Below, in pieces: positions 13,421-27,073 of a stretch of DNA of 64,000 bases. Both the position numbers and the translations under genes were made by a program. Each line of letters starts with the position of its first letter. Position 1 is the first letter of the stretch. Under the pieces are notes generated by a model. That model was not told the origin of the DNA, searched no databases, and saw nothing but the letters and a program-made list of their open reading frames with translations. Source of the DNA: Paraspadella gotoi (lineage: Eukaryota > Animalia > Chaetognatha); the NCBI GenBank assembly GCA_051294375.1, contig CM119270.1:2774713-2838712 (forward strand), read 5' to 3'.

Positions 13421-16400
13421 CTCTCTTACATCTCTCTCTTCTCATACTCCACATCCTTACATGATACTGCATATCTCTCTGTTGAGTACTCTTGGTTATC
13501 TTTCGCTCTCTCTTATTACTTTCTCGTATCATTTTACCTAACTCTTCTTTGTGTAAGGATTCAATTTTCTTACTCATTTTTTTATCTAGTTCTTTCATTT
13601 TCTCTTATTTCTTTCTTTCTTTATATCTTTCTTTCATTCATTACATTTATAGCTTTATAACTCTATAACTTACGTGTTCATTATCATTATTCATTATACT
13701 ATTTTTTCGTTATACATTGCTCTACTCTACATGATAATTACTTTGACTCTATTGGTTTTATTGTCTCTTATTGCGGTATCGTCTGTACTATTGATAGTGT
13801 AAGACTTTGGCAATATAGCTTCTATATTAAATTGTCTAATCTCTCATGATTTCGCCAATGCCGAAAGAGAAAAAGTTTATGATCACTCTACACGAATTTC
13901 GTGGCATTTGGAAAGCTAAGATAAATCGAATATGTTAGAGAAACGTAGTCGCGAGAAATCCGCCTCCCACTTTCTTCGACCCACCTCGCACTCTCTCAAA
14001 CAAAAAAAAATAGAATCTGAATACAAACACTCTGAATTCTAAATGAAGCCACATGTGTGTCAACAGTCTTACTTTATTATCATTTATAAATATACTATGG
14101 TACTCTTTATTCGATTATTGTTATGTAGTTATAGTTTTAGTTATATATTTTTAAAACACAGCTCTTGCCCTTACATAGTTGTGATAGTATGGTGAGCGCT
14201 GAAAAAAACATAAGATTAGCAATAAAACTTAATGAGTTCTTTCCTGTAATTAGACACTCTTTGTATATAGATCCTCTGACTCTCTCATTTCTTCTTTCTT
14301 TATATGCTTCTCCTCCAGTCTCTCTCAGTTTGCTCATTCTTCTCGTTTCTTTATAACTGCTCTCTTTCTTTTCATCTTACTTGTACAGTTTAATGGATAT
14401 ATATAATACATTCTAACAGTTCTCCTTCCTCGTGAGCCTAATCGGTCTCTCTCTGCGTCTGTCTCAAAGTCGCTCTCTCTCTCTCTATACATCTCCACAT
14501 CTTGTTTCTGGATCCACCACCATCGCTCATATGAGGAAAATTCGGTTTCCCATCTTCGATTACAGTTCTATGAAGGACTCTGCTCCTTCTCTCTGAGATG
14601 TTGTTTATCTCGTTTCTAATATAGCTCTGACGTAAACCTAAGACAATTTTACTCGTGCAAGCTTATATACGAATAGCTCCCATCTATCGGAGCTCTATTG
14701 CTTCCTTTTAGCTCTCATAGCACAACCTGACTAATTCTTTGGGCGTAACTATTCATGATTTAAATCTAAGGTCGAGTGGTGTCGCTCTATGCTAATGAAA
14801 CTTTGAGTGTGGTGTAGAGAGAAGCGCCAAAACAAACGAAGATTTATTTTCATTGATTGCTAACATTTTCAAAAGGTTCAAAAGCTGCCAACGCAATACA
14901 ATGTTGTCGTATCGCTCGTGTAGTGCGCTTGGGATATTCGGTGATGGTATGGAGCGCGGCGATGGTATTTCAACTCCTTGGGTCCTGCATGGCTGTGATA
15001 TGTTGAGCGTCCTCTCATTCGAGTTATTGCGCCGTTAAATCAGAAGCAAACTTGACAGCCTTTTCCCCGGTGTTGACATTATAGGTGAGAAAAGACCAAT
15101 AACGAACCCAGATTGACTAATGGGTTGCTCTCCGCATATTACTTCCCTGCATTAATTCTCATTCTCGTGTTCTTATCCATCCTCTTCCTAACTTCCTTGG
15201 CAATAGTGAATCCGCCTTTTTGCGGTATTAAATACTTAGGCAAAGCCTAATACATGAAATATCTATTATGGTGACTTAAATTTTGTATTGAGACCTTAGA
15301 TTAAAAATATTACTCTTGCTAAAAATCATATATTCTATTGAATCTGCAGAATCTAATAACTCTCGAGTCTTCGATTCTTAGTGCTTCCGTCGCTTATCTC
15401 TCACGACCTTTTCTGCCATGTGTCATCCGTGCCCTTTTTTTCTTATTCTGTCCGACTCGTTGTTTGCTTTTCACGTCCTTTTACTTTTTACATTTGTAAT
15501 AGACTCCCTTTAAGTCTCTCTTTTCTAGCTCTATTGCCCTTTACCTTAGTCTACTGCTCTTATTACTCGCCATTGAAGTTTCGGTCCTAGGACCAAATGG
15601 AACGACTGTACACTTCTCATTATAACGGTTAATTTTCTGCAATGTGTTTAGATTCGACCTTTTTTCCTCTCCTCCTCTAGTGCTGCGATCCTCTCGCCCC
15701 TTCACTTTCTTCGGGAACGCAGGAGCATTCTATAACAGAAATCGTCTGTAAACGAAAATAATATAGAGTGTTGACATGAAAGTGCCGCAGATCGCTGATG
15801 CAGTCTGGGCGTCGCATCTCTAGACCGATCTCTACAAAGGGTGTATTAGGGATAAGGTGAGTTCTAAACAAAGAATCATCGAAACTCCCTCACTTCCTCA
15901 TAGGCGTCGCTCTCTCCGGAGCAATAAAATACACGTTCTACGTGTTCCTAGCCCTCGGTGCGTTCGTCTTTTGGCCCAGTTAAGAGACGGGGTCGGCTTA
16001 ATCCTGCCCCATGTAACCGATGGTGTTACAGCCGATCGAAAGCCTCAGGGAGCTGCTTAATTGACTGCGATTCTGTCACTTCAAAAAATAACCACATAAT
16101 TATGTCCTTCTCATTGGTGATTCCACCGATATTGCCATTACAATCCGTTGAGCGAATGTGTATAGGCAAGCAGCGCCATCCAGCGGGCATGTGTGGTACC
16201 ACAACTCGCCTCAGACGTTCTAGACTCACGACGACACCGTCGGCTAAAAATCCTCCCATCTATCGGCGCTCATCCCTGGCGCCACCTGGAAAATGGAGGT
16301 GGCGCTACCTGGATGTGGGCGGCGCCAACCGGAAGTGCCAACGCGGGACGACGGAATCCTTGGAATTCGGTTGATGGGGTCTCGGGTTCGAGGCCGGTAG

Positions 16401-19364
16401 AAATAACGACCCAGATTTGTTTCTCTCTCTTACTCTCTCTCTCTCTCTCTCNNNNNNNNNNNNNNNNNNNNNNNNNNNNNNNNNNNNNNNNNNNNNNNNN
16501 NNNNNNNNNNNNNNNNNNNNNNNNNNNNNNNNNNNNNNNNNNNNNNNNNNNNNNNNNNNNNNNNNNNNNNNNNNNNNNNNNNNNNNNNNNNNNNNNNNNN
16601 NNNNNNNNNNNNNNNNNNNNNNNNNNNNNNNNNNTTCCGATTTAATAATTTAATTCGCCGAAACGAATTCCCTTATTTTCGTTGCCCCTTGGATCCAATC
16701 GTCGTCGTCATTGTCGTCGTCGTTGTCGTCATTGTCATCATCTTTGCAGTCGTCTTCATTGTCGTCGCCGTTATCGTCGCTGTTATCATTTATCGTCCTC
16801 GTCTTCATAGTAGCCGTCCTTCTTCCTCCTCTTTCCTCCCTTTTCTTCTTCATTTCTTTCCTTATTCCTCCCTTTCTTTTTCCTCTCTTTCCTTCTTCAT
16901 GCCTTTATTTCTTTCTCTTTTTCTTTCTTCATTCCTTTTCTTCTTCCTCCCTTTCCTTCTTCTCTACTTTCCTCCATTTCCTTCTTAATACCTTTCTTCC
17001 TTACTCCCTTTCCTTCTTTCTCCATTTCAGTTTTCTCACTTTCCTCTTACCTCCCTTTCCTTCCTCCGATAATTTTCTTTCAATTTTCTTTTTTTTTTCA
17101 ACTTTCGCTTCTGTCTTATTCTCTTATCGGCTTCCGTTTCGCCTTTTCCGCTCTTCGCTCAGAGTTCAAATTTCATTTTAGAATTTGAGATATTATAGCA
17201 TTTGTTTTTCAATGTAAAAGAATTTATTTGTTTCATCGCATAATACAATATTATAGCATTATAGCATTTTCCAATCAAATACTTAGGATTGGTCCTTTTT
17301 ATCTAGTTAGTTTAATGCATGGTATCCTACTTTAATTCGTAAATATCGTTTATTTGTTTGCGTTCATATATGGAATATAGGGCCATTTTATCCCTGCCTT
17401 CAGGCTGTCGCAGAGAAGGGGGAGAGAATAGCGAAACATTTTATTATTTATGTGCGATTATATGAACAATTTTGTGGTAAGTTGGTTCATTAGAGTAACG
17501 ACCGAGACGAGGAAAGGGAATGGGCAACGACGACGAGAAAGATGGGCCAACGGTCTGTGGGCAATCGGAAGGCCGCCGTTGATTCATGCGGCACAATGGA
17601 AAATTATCTGAAGGAGGATTATCAAGTCGGGAGACAAGACTGCAGTGGGCGATTCGTTTTTGCAGTTTTCAAATTCAATTTTTAAGCGTCAGATTGTGTT
17701 TAATCGGGTCCTCATGTGTTGTTTCTAAATAGATTTGTTAAAATGTTATTAGATGTGCTGTTTGTGTTAAATAGATTTGATGTTTCTTTAAAAAAGAAGA
17801 ATACTTTTTTGTTTTTTCGAGGAGTTTGCTTGGGTATGTCGCTTTATTTGGAGAGATCTGGGACAGTGCTGGGTCAATTTTGTCAATGCGTAAAAAAAAA
17901 ATATAGGGCGCTTCCTAAAATGCAAAGTCCAGCGAAAAGGGTTCATTCTTCCGCACCGGCTAAGCCCGTTAACTCGGTTGTTGTATGTTTGTTCGCTTGT
18001 CGTTGTCTCGGGTCGTCGTCGTCGCTTCTTCATCGTTTGCGGTCTAGTGTTGTAAAAAATGCTCATTCGTATGTTTGGAATTATAAATTAATTTAAATAA
18101 AATTAATTAAACCATGCTCACATCTATGCGTTTAAGATTAAAATGGGGACTGGTTGTTATACAGACTAAATTTAGCTTATCTGCAGAAAGTAAATATTTT
18201 CTTATTTTGTTTATTTTTTGACTGATATTTTGCGTCGCGTTTTCTCTTCCTTTGTTTTTCATTGTGATGCTAATATATTTGCAAACTGAGATAATAAAAA
18301 CCACGCCGGTTTTTGCGAAATTAGTTCCATCATAATTTTAATGAAGAATCTTTTCGCGGTTTATTTTCACTCAACGATTCACAGTGGCGCGTTGACAATT
18401 GAGTTCACAATCGTAATCACGATCAACATCACAAAAGAAAAAAGGAAGGAACGAATTGATTAAATGACTTTTGAGGTCAGACTTTGGCTTCTCTCTTCTC
18501 TCTCATCTTTCTGCTTTCTCAGTCTTTCTCTCTCTCTTCTCTTAGTCTCTTTCTCATCCTTTCTCTCTCATCTCTCTCTCGCTCATCCTCTCCTCTAGAT
18601 CGTCCGTCTCTCTGTCTCTCATCCATGCTCTTCACTTCTCTCTTCTCTCCTTCACTTCCTCTTTTTCTTTTCTTGAATCACAAATTTTCACTTTAGGTCG
18701 CTTAGCCTAACTTGCTTCTGTGCCACCCTTCCCCCCATCTGGCGCTCTGCGCCTCTCTCTATATTTGTTGTCCTATTTCTCTCTTTTTTCCTCTCACTCT
18801 TCTACTATTTATTTCTCTTTCTTTTCTCTTTCTCTCTATCTCCATTCTCCTCTTTTTTTTACTTTAGTCTTTTCTCTCTCTTCTTCCTCAATCTCTTCTT
18901 AACTTTTTTCATCTCCATCTCCTATCCTTGTGTATTCTCATCCATACTTCTCTTTCTCTGCTCATCTTCTCTCTTTTTGCTCTCTCTCCTCTCTCTCTCT
19001 CTCCTGTATCTCTCTCTCTCTTCTCTCGTCATCTCTCTACCTCTCTCTCCTGGGACACGTAGGCAAAGCTCGCGCATGGATGGAATACACTGAGAATGAA
19101 GAAAAATGCCAAAAATAGATTCGAACACACCATAACGGATACACATTTTGAGTCGTCTTTTGCGCATCGAGAGCTGCGAAAGGCCCCGGGAATCTCGGTT
19201 GGGAGGGGGGAAGCGGGGTGGGAAGGAGAGATGCGACAGGAGAGAGAGAGCAGAGAAGAAGAGGAGGAGAGGAGAGAAAAGGAGAGTAGAGAGAGAGAGA
19301 GGGAGAGAGAGAGAGAGAGAGAGAGGGGAAATAAAGAAAAAAGACTAGTATATCGGAAAGAAAA

Positions 19365-19431
19365 CAAGAAAGAAAGAAAAAGAAAGAAAGAAAGAAAAAA
19401 AGAAAGAAAGCAAGAAAGAAAGCAAGAAAAA

Positions 19432-19473
<42 letters not shown>
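19365..19473. repeat. (GAAA)n microsatellite, followed by (GAC)n-rich low complexity to ~19850
   Basis: Directly visible. Confidence 0.9.
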
Positions 19474-19474
<1 letters not shown>

Positions 19475-19567
19475 TTGGAGAGGCTGAGAGGGTAAGTCAA
19501 GGGGGTGGAATATGAGTCGAATTAAATCGAGGAAAGGAGAAAAATGGTAAAAGGAAGGAGACGGAGA

Positions 19568-19608
<41 letters not shown>

Positions 19609-20028
19609 ATTTAGCCTTAATAATGACATCGACGAATGCGGAAGGAATTGTAAAGACGATGACAATAGAGTTGACATCGACAAAGATAATGATGATATCA
19701 AAGAGTAAAAACATTCATTGTCGAAGTCAAGAAATTAAAAGACGATGATGACGACGTTAAGAGACGACAACGACGACAATGATGACGACAACGACAAAGA
19801 GGGCGACGACGAAGACGACGACAAAAATGACGACGACGACGACGACGACAGCGCACTCAACGGCGAGAGTTCACGAAATTTCGTCGAAGGAAAAATGAGG
19901 AGAAAATAAAAAATGGAAAAATGGAAAAAAGGGATGGATGGAATGAGAGAGAGAGAGAGAGNNNNNNNNNNNNNNNNNNNNNNNNNNNNNNNNNNNNNNN
20001 NNNNNNNNNNNNNNNNNNNNNNGAGATT

Positions 20029-20073
<45 letters not shown>

Positions 20074-20464
20074 GCAACCAGAAAACCATATCACGCAGTT
20101 TAAATTCTCTCTTATGCCTGTCTCACCGCGGGTTTCGTCGGTCGGAACTTTCTCCAGAACCAAAACATGAAATTCTTATTTTTTTCTTCCTTTTTTAAAA
20201 AAACCAGATAAAAACAAACTAAACAGTTTTTTTTTCTTCTTTTTTTAAACCAGAAAAAAAAACTAAAGTTGACGCTCAGCTGACATCTGCGTCTAATCGT
20301 CCGCTTTCTCATTTCAATTTTCCAGCCTGAAAATTATTGGTCGTTAGTGAGAGAGAGAAAGANNNNNNNNNNNNNNNNNNNNNNNNNNNNNNNNNNNNNN
20401 NNNNNNNNNNNNNNNNNNNNNNNNNNNNNNNNNNNNNNNNNNNNNNNNNNNNNNNNNNNNNNNN

Positions 20465-20499
<35 letters not shown>

Positions 20500-20504
20500 T
20501 CAGT

Positions 20505-20536
<32 letters not shown>

Positions 20537-22204
20537 GTCGTTGAAACTCTGTACAGTCGAGACGGATGAAAGCGAAAGAGAAATCGCGCGATTTATTTCT
20601 ACAGTTAAAGTCGATTTCGACTACAGAGAGAAACAGAAAGAAATTTCCATCTCATGGAAAAAAAAAGAGAAAATCAAAATGGAAAATGGGAAATATATTT
20701 TCGACATTATCACTCTTTCTAATGTCTCAACAACCTAACTCTATGATGATGATTACGTGGATGATATAAAATAATGACAATGACAAAATAAAAATTTGAA
20801 TAAAACGTCATTGAAACAACTTACTGCATGATGACCCGTCGCTGATTAGGTGTATGTTTTCGAACTAGTATTTTCATGATTTTAGATCTAGAACAGTGAC
20901 AAAGCAATAAAAATATTTTTATCAAACTTATTTTTTCATTCTAATCTTTTTTTTGTACATAGTTAAAAAATTTATGAAGTTAAATAAAAAAAACCGAGAT
21001 CATTAGATTTGACGTCATTTTCTAGAGGAAGCCACAATGACATTGACAATGACATTATGATTATGGTGGTGATGATAATGATAATGATAATGACGACAAC
21101 GAAGACAATCAAAGTCTTTCATTCTTCTCATTGGCGCAGAGTCACTTAAAGATAACGAGAGAATGTCTCACTTCTGAGGAAACAAACCTTCCATCATTTT
21201 TAATGTTTACGCTTTCGCCATTAATTAAAAATAACTTTAGTCTCTCTTTATAATAACTTCCTTCACACTTTACACCTCGCTGTCTTTCACAGTTTCACAT
21301 CCACTCACAAAAGTCACCTTCAATCCACTTTTCGCTCTCACCGATTTACTTTTTCACAGCGACTCACAATTCTTAACGATTTTTTTTTCTCTCTCTCTCT
21401 GCCTTTCACGACCACCTACCACGACCACCTTTTTTCCACCAAACCTCACCATCATTTTAACCACCATCTATCACCCACCTTCCCCACCACCTTCTCCCAC
21501 CACCTTACTCCACCCACCGCCGGTCGCTAATTTCACGTGGAGGGCCGAAGTCATTTCTCTCAATTAACGTCGACCGACGAGAGAAACGATTAATTCTTTC
21601 ACCGTCACCCTCACTCTTTCACAACTCTTTCACAACGACACTGAATGTCTCACGGTGACACTGACATTCTCACGAGGTTACAGGCTGACTGAGAGATTCT
21701 TATGAGGTTTCAGGCGGGTACAGACACTCCTACACGGTTACACGCTGAGACACATACTCTCACTCTTATTCATTTTGACTGACGCTCACACTCTCACATA
21801 GTCACTGACATTCTCACACTTTCACTCTCACCTCTGCCATTGAATCTATTACACTGTTTCACTGTGAATCTCTCGCGCTGTTTACCACTAAAACTCNNNN
21901 NNNNNNCTCTCACACAAAAGTTTTTCTTTAACGTTGACCAAACTCGGGGCCGCTATCATTTGCGGTTCAGAATTTCACATTTCGTTTCATCAAATACGTA
22001 TTAACTCGAGCACTCGGGCATATATCACGTTTACCAATTTAAACTTTACACTGCAGTTTATCCCTCATCTTTTCAAATCTCACAAATATAAAACTTGTTC
22101 TCGTTTTAATATTTCGCTCTGTTATTTATTTACTTAAACAACGTCATCATCGAACGATCCCTTAATAGTTTCACTTCACCATAGGCCAAAAGCTGTGAAC
22201 CTTT

Positions 22205-22241
<37 letters not shown>

Positions 22242-22764
22242 NNNNNNNNNNNNNNNNNNNNNNNNNNNNNNNNNNNNNNNNNNNNNNNNNNNNNNNNNNN
22301 NNNNNNNNNNNNNNNNNNNNNNNNNNNNNNNNNNNNNNNNNNNNNNNNNNNNNNNNNNNNNNNNNNNNNNNNGAAAAATTCCCCGCGGAGGTCACCCGAA
22401 ATTTTCTTCCCCGCGGAGGTCACCCGAGAAAAAGTTCCCAGGGTCTCCGTCTTTGGGGTCGTTTGTCCGACTTGTCGTTTAGCGTCGGTGGTCAGTGACC
22501 ACTGGTCACTCCGGAGGTCGTTTAAAGGGTCATCGAAGAGGGTCATTTGAGAGGTCATTTAAGAGGTCATTCGACGGGGTCGTTCTTTTGAGTTTGTCAA
22601 TGTCCGAGAATCCGAAGGGTCATTAATGTCAGCCGTTGCCTAATCTGTCGGTCACCAGAAAGGGTGCGTTGCCCGACAAATGTCGGTTCGTTGCCTCGCC
22701 AAATGTCGGCTTGGAGACAAAGCGCATCGTCTTGTGGCTTTGAATTAAGGTTAAATGAGGTTTA

Positions 22765-23218
22765 GGGCTCTATTTTCCGAGAGTGCCCCGTTTTTTTCAT
22801 TTTACCCCAGAATTTGATTTTAATTTTAATATTTAATTTAAATATATTTTTCAACCAATAAACCAATCCTTAACCCTAATCCCTAATCCTTAACCCTAAT
22901 CCTTAACCCTAAGCCCTTATCCTTAACCCTAATCCTTAACCCTAGGCCCTTATCCTTAACCCTCATCCCTAATCCTTGACCCTAATCCCTAATCCTTGAC
23001 CCTAATCCCTAATCCTTAACCCTAAGCCCTTATCCTTAACCCTAATCCCTAATCTTTAACCTTAATCCCTAATCCTCAACCCAAATCCCAAACCCTAAAA
23101 CTAAGTCTCTAACCTAAATCAATAACCTAATCCCTAACCTTATCCCTAATCCCTAATCCTTAACCTTAATCCTTAACCTTATCCCTAACCAAAGAGGGCG
23201 TTCTCGGAAAATATGGCC
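22765..23218. mobile_element. MITE-like non-autonomous element with ~25-bp imperfect TIRs and an internal telomere-like (CCTAAT/CCTTAA/CCCTAA) array
   Basis: Left end GGGCTCTATTTTCCGAGAGTGCCCC versus reverse complement of the right end GGCCATATTTTCCGAGAACGCCCTC (12-bp identical core TATTTTCCGAGA). The array spans ~22866-23190. Confidence 0.7.
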
Positions 23219-24669
23219 AAGTTTAGTGAAATTTTGAGCGGAACTTTATTTCCAACTGAGTCGATAATCGATTCTGTAAAGTTGAAAAAGGCCATTGCTT
23301 GTTCTCTGCTTGCTGCGGTCGCCAAGCAAAGGTGGCCGGAGAGGGAGAGAGAGAGNNNNNNNNNNNNNNNNNNNNNNNNNNNNNNNNNNNNNNNNNNNNN
23401 NNNNNNNNNNNNNNNNNNNNNNNNNNNNNNNNNNNNNNNNNNNNNNNNNNNNNNNNNNNNNNNNNNNNNNNNNNNNNNNNNNNNNNNNNNNNNNNNNNNN
23501 NNNNNNNNNNNNNNNNNNNNNNNNNNNNNNNNNNNNNNNNNNNNNNNNNNNNNNNNNNNNNNNNNNNNNNNNNNNNNNNNNNNNNNNNNNNNNNNNNNNN
23601 NNNNNNNNNNNNNNNNNNNNNNNNNNNNNNNNNNNNNNNNNNNNNNNNNNNNNNNNNNNNNNNNNNNNNNNNNNNNNNNNNNNNNNNNNNNNNNNNNNNN
23701 NNNNNNNNNNNNNNNNNNNNNNNNNNNNNNNNNNNNNNNNNNNNNNNNNNNNNNNNNNNNNNNNNNNNNNNNNNNNNNNNNNNNNNNNNNNNNNNNNNNN
23801 NNNNNNNNNNNNNNNNNNNNNNNNNNNNNNNNNNNNNNNNNNNNNNNGACTTGAAGTTGGAGCGGGCAGTCGAAAGGGCGAGATGGGTAAGTGGGTAAGA
23901 GAAAGAGGAGCGGAGTAGGGGTGAGTGAAAGAAAGACTAGGGAGAGAGAGAGAGAGAGAGAGAGAAAAGGGATTGGAAGAAGCAAGAAAGAACAAGAAAG
24001 AGATTTGGAGGAAGAAGAGGAAGAAGAAGAGGATAAAGACTTTGGGATAAAAAATGATTCGAGAATGAAGAGTCGAAGGTAAGGTCTCTCCTGATTGAGG
24101 GTGAGTTGTCCAAGTCAATTTAGAAACCATTTTTTTTTTAAAAGAAAGAGTCATTGATGTTTCGTGTTTTATTCCTTCACGATGAATCGATTCATTGAAA
24201 TAAGCAAATGGAATCAAATTTTGTAACTGTACAAAGTGGCAGGTAGATTTATCAGGATAGAAGGAGAAAAAAGTTTTGTTTACATTTGTAAAATAAACAA
24301 TTTTAGATCAGTTCTTAATAAGTACTCCAGTACTTAATATAAATACGTAATAAGATAAAGTTTTACGTCCGGCTTTTTAACAGTGGGATCAAAACAATTT
24401 CATTGGAATTTCTTAAGAATTCGCTTAGCAATTTTATTCTATTACTTTTTAAAAATCTTCCCTGGTGGATTATGTGAAAACAGAGGTTGGAAGATGAGGT
24501 TAACATTATTATTGTGGTTGTGGTTTTGAAGTGTCTGGTGGGCGACTTCAAATTCTAACAATAGAAAGAAGAGATGGAAATATTGTGATGATTGTCAGCT
24601 CTGCACTGATGTCTCCATGAAGTCTTGGGTTGTTTAATAAAGACACAGAGAGAGAAGAGCTGAGACGAG

Positions 24670-24704
<35 letters not shown>

Positions 24705-25322
24705 AGAGAGAACGAGAGAGAGAGAGAGAGTTCTCAATTCTCATATCTTCCCATTCGAGAGAAGGGAAAAATTAGGAACAAGAAAAAAATAGAAAAAGAA
24801 TAAAAAAGTCGCAGAGAAAAAAAACGAAATTCGGAAAACACTTGAGAGAGAGAGAGAGAGAAGAAGAGAGAAGAGAATAGAGAGAGAGAGAGAGAGAGAG
24901 AAAGAATGAGAATAGGATGATTTTGATTAAAATGTTTTTTTACATCATCGTTTTGCTCCCATAAGATATTTTCGTGATTGGTTAACGTTTTAATTAAATT
25001 GTTGCATTAGAAAATTTGACTAACTATTCTACGTTACGTATGTACTGACTGAATCATTCGTTTCTCCTCTTACTCCATTTTATCGAATTTGAAAACAAGT
25101 TTTATCGGAAAAACATTAAAATTGAGAAGACGAATTTTAAATCTTCCCTTTTTTTTAATATATTTTTTCACATATTTTGATCTTAACAAAAATAATAAAT
25201 AAACTATAGCGACGTAGTACAAAAAGTCTCCACCACAATTTAGTTAACAGGAATTAACTTGATGTCAAATGCATCGTATAATTACAGATAAAATACGATA
25301 ATCTTCACACGGTATCGACATT

Positions 25323-25379
25323 TTAAGCGCAGGCGCCGATGAGTTTGTCGATGAATTCCATGTAGACGATCATTCCATC
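25323..25379 (-). CDS. Mlc1: Myosin essential light chain exon 5 (terminal)
   Basis: Acceptor TTTTTCCAACAG|; encodes DGMIVYMEFIDKLIGACA then TAA. Confidence 0.92.
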   Translation of the reverse strand, partial: DGMIVYMEFIDKLIGACA

Positions 25380-27014
25380 CTGTTGGAAAAAAAAAGTACA
25401 AATTTCAGTCACATACTGATGTTTTAAAGAGGGATTTTAACTACATCCGGGTGTTTTTTTTTTAAAGAGCGACTTGAAAACTACATCAGTTTTATTCAGA
25501 CAGCAACTTACAACAATATGTAACAGTCTATAATTACATCCGGGTTTTTCTACACGGTCTATGAGATTCGGATGCTTTACCTCATCCTCCTGAATTCCCA
25601 AAAGAGTGAAGAGATTCGTGGATTCGTTTTGCTCCAACTTTTCTCCGAGAGAAGAGAGAACATTCTGGACTTCAGCGATCGGAACCTGTCAAGAGAAATA
25701 ATTCCTATTTAAGTTTATTCATATTTAATTAAAATTTATTACTTTTCTTTACATTTATATTTCACACAAACTCTCGATTTCAATTTTACGACGTAACTTT
25801 CCCGCCGATTCATTCATGTATATTTTTATTTATTCTCTCTTCTTTCAGTCATAAATTGTTCATTCACTCATTAATTCATTCAGTTATTTATCCATTCATC
25901 CATTTATTTATTCATACTTTTAACGATCTATTCATTCATTCATTCATTCATTCATTCATTCATTCATTCATTCATTCATTCATTCATTCATTCATTCATT
26001 CATTCATCTATTTATTAATTCTTTTAGCAATCTATTCATTAATTTATTCATTCATTCTTTCATTCATTTTTTCATTCATTTTTTCATTCATTTTTTCATT
26101 CATTCAATAATTCATTCATCCATTAATTCATTCATTCATTCCCTCACCTTCCCGCTGCCGTCCTTGTCGAAGACCTTGAGACCCTCAATGTAGTCTTCCT
26201 TGCATCCCGTGTCCTTGAGGTCAGACTTGACTTTTTGCCAAACCGGGAGGAAATCGGCAAAAGTGATGCGCTTCTCTCCTGATCGGTTAACAAAAAGAGA
26301 TTTCGTTTAAAATTGGGCGATGGGTGAGGCGTTTCTCTTCTGATCGGCTAAAAAACATATTTTGTTAAAGATCAGGGTTAAGCATAAGCGTTTCTCTCAT
26401 GATCGGTCAAAATTTTGTTAAAAATCTGGCTATTTTAGAGGGTTTTCGGGGTTTCCCTCCCGCTTGGCCAAAATATTTTAATTCAAAAAATATTTATATG
26501 CAGTCGGGATAGCAATCGTATCCAGATGCAATTAAGCTAAGATTCACTCAAATTCCGGATGCAAACAAGTTAAGATGCAATTAAAGTCCGTATGCGACCA
26601 AGTCTCACCTAGGTTTTCCGTGGCGCCGGCCTCAATGCAGGTCTTGTTCGTGCAGTTGCAGCCAAGAGCGCGAAGAATGTCCGGCATGTAGAAGCAGTCA
26701 ACATCGTTGCCCTGTTAAGAGAGGATTTTAGTTATTGATGGATTGATTGATTGATTGAATAGATTAAGTCATTCATTGTTGAATTCATGATTGAGTGATT
26801 GATTGAAAGGTGGGATCGATTGCAGGATTAGACTATGACTTCATTGATTGATTAATTTATTTATCGTTTGATTGATTAAATACTACGTTGATCGAATGGT
26901 GAATCGATATATCATTTTAAATATTTATTCACTTGTTTATTAAATGATTGAATTATAGATTGGGTTTTTTTCCATTAATATATGTTCGAATAATCAGTTT
27001 ATTAATTGATTTAT

Positions 27015-27073
<59 letters not shown>

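Noticed and set aside
15678-15746. Cystine-knot C-terminus (TISVIECSCVP) on the minus strand
   Set aside because: A single CxC with no upstream cysteine framework found, and it overlaps stronger plus-strand splice signals.
22866-23190. True telomere or chromosome fusion site
   Set aside because: Units are heterogeneous variants in one orientation and are enclosed by TIRs.
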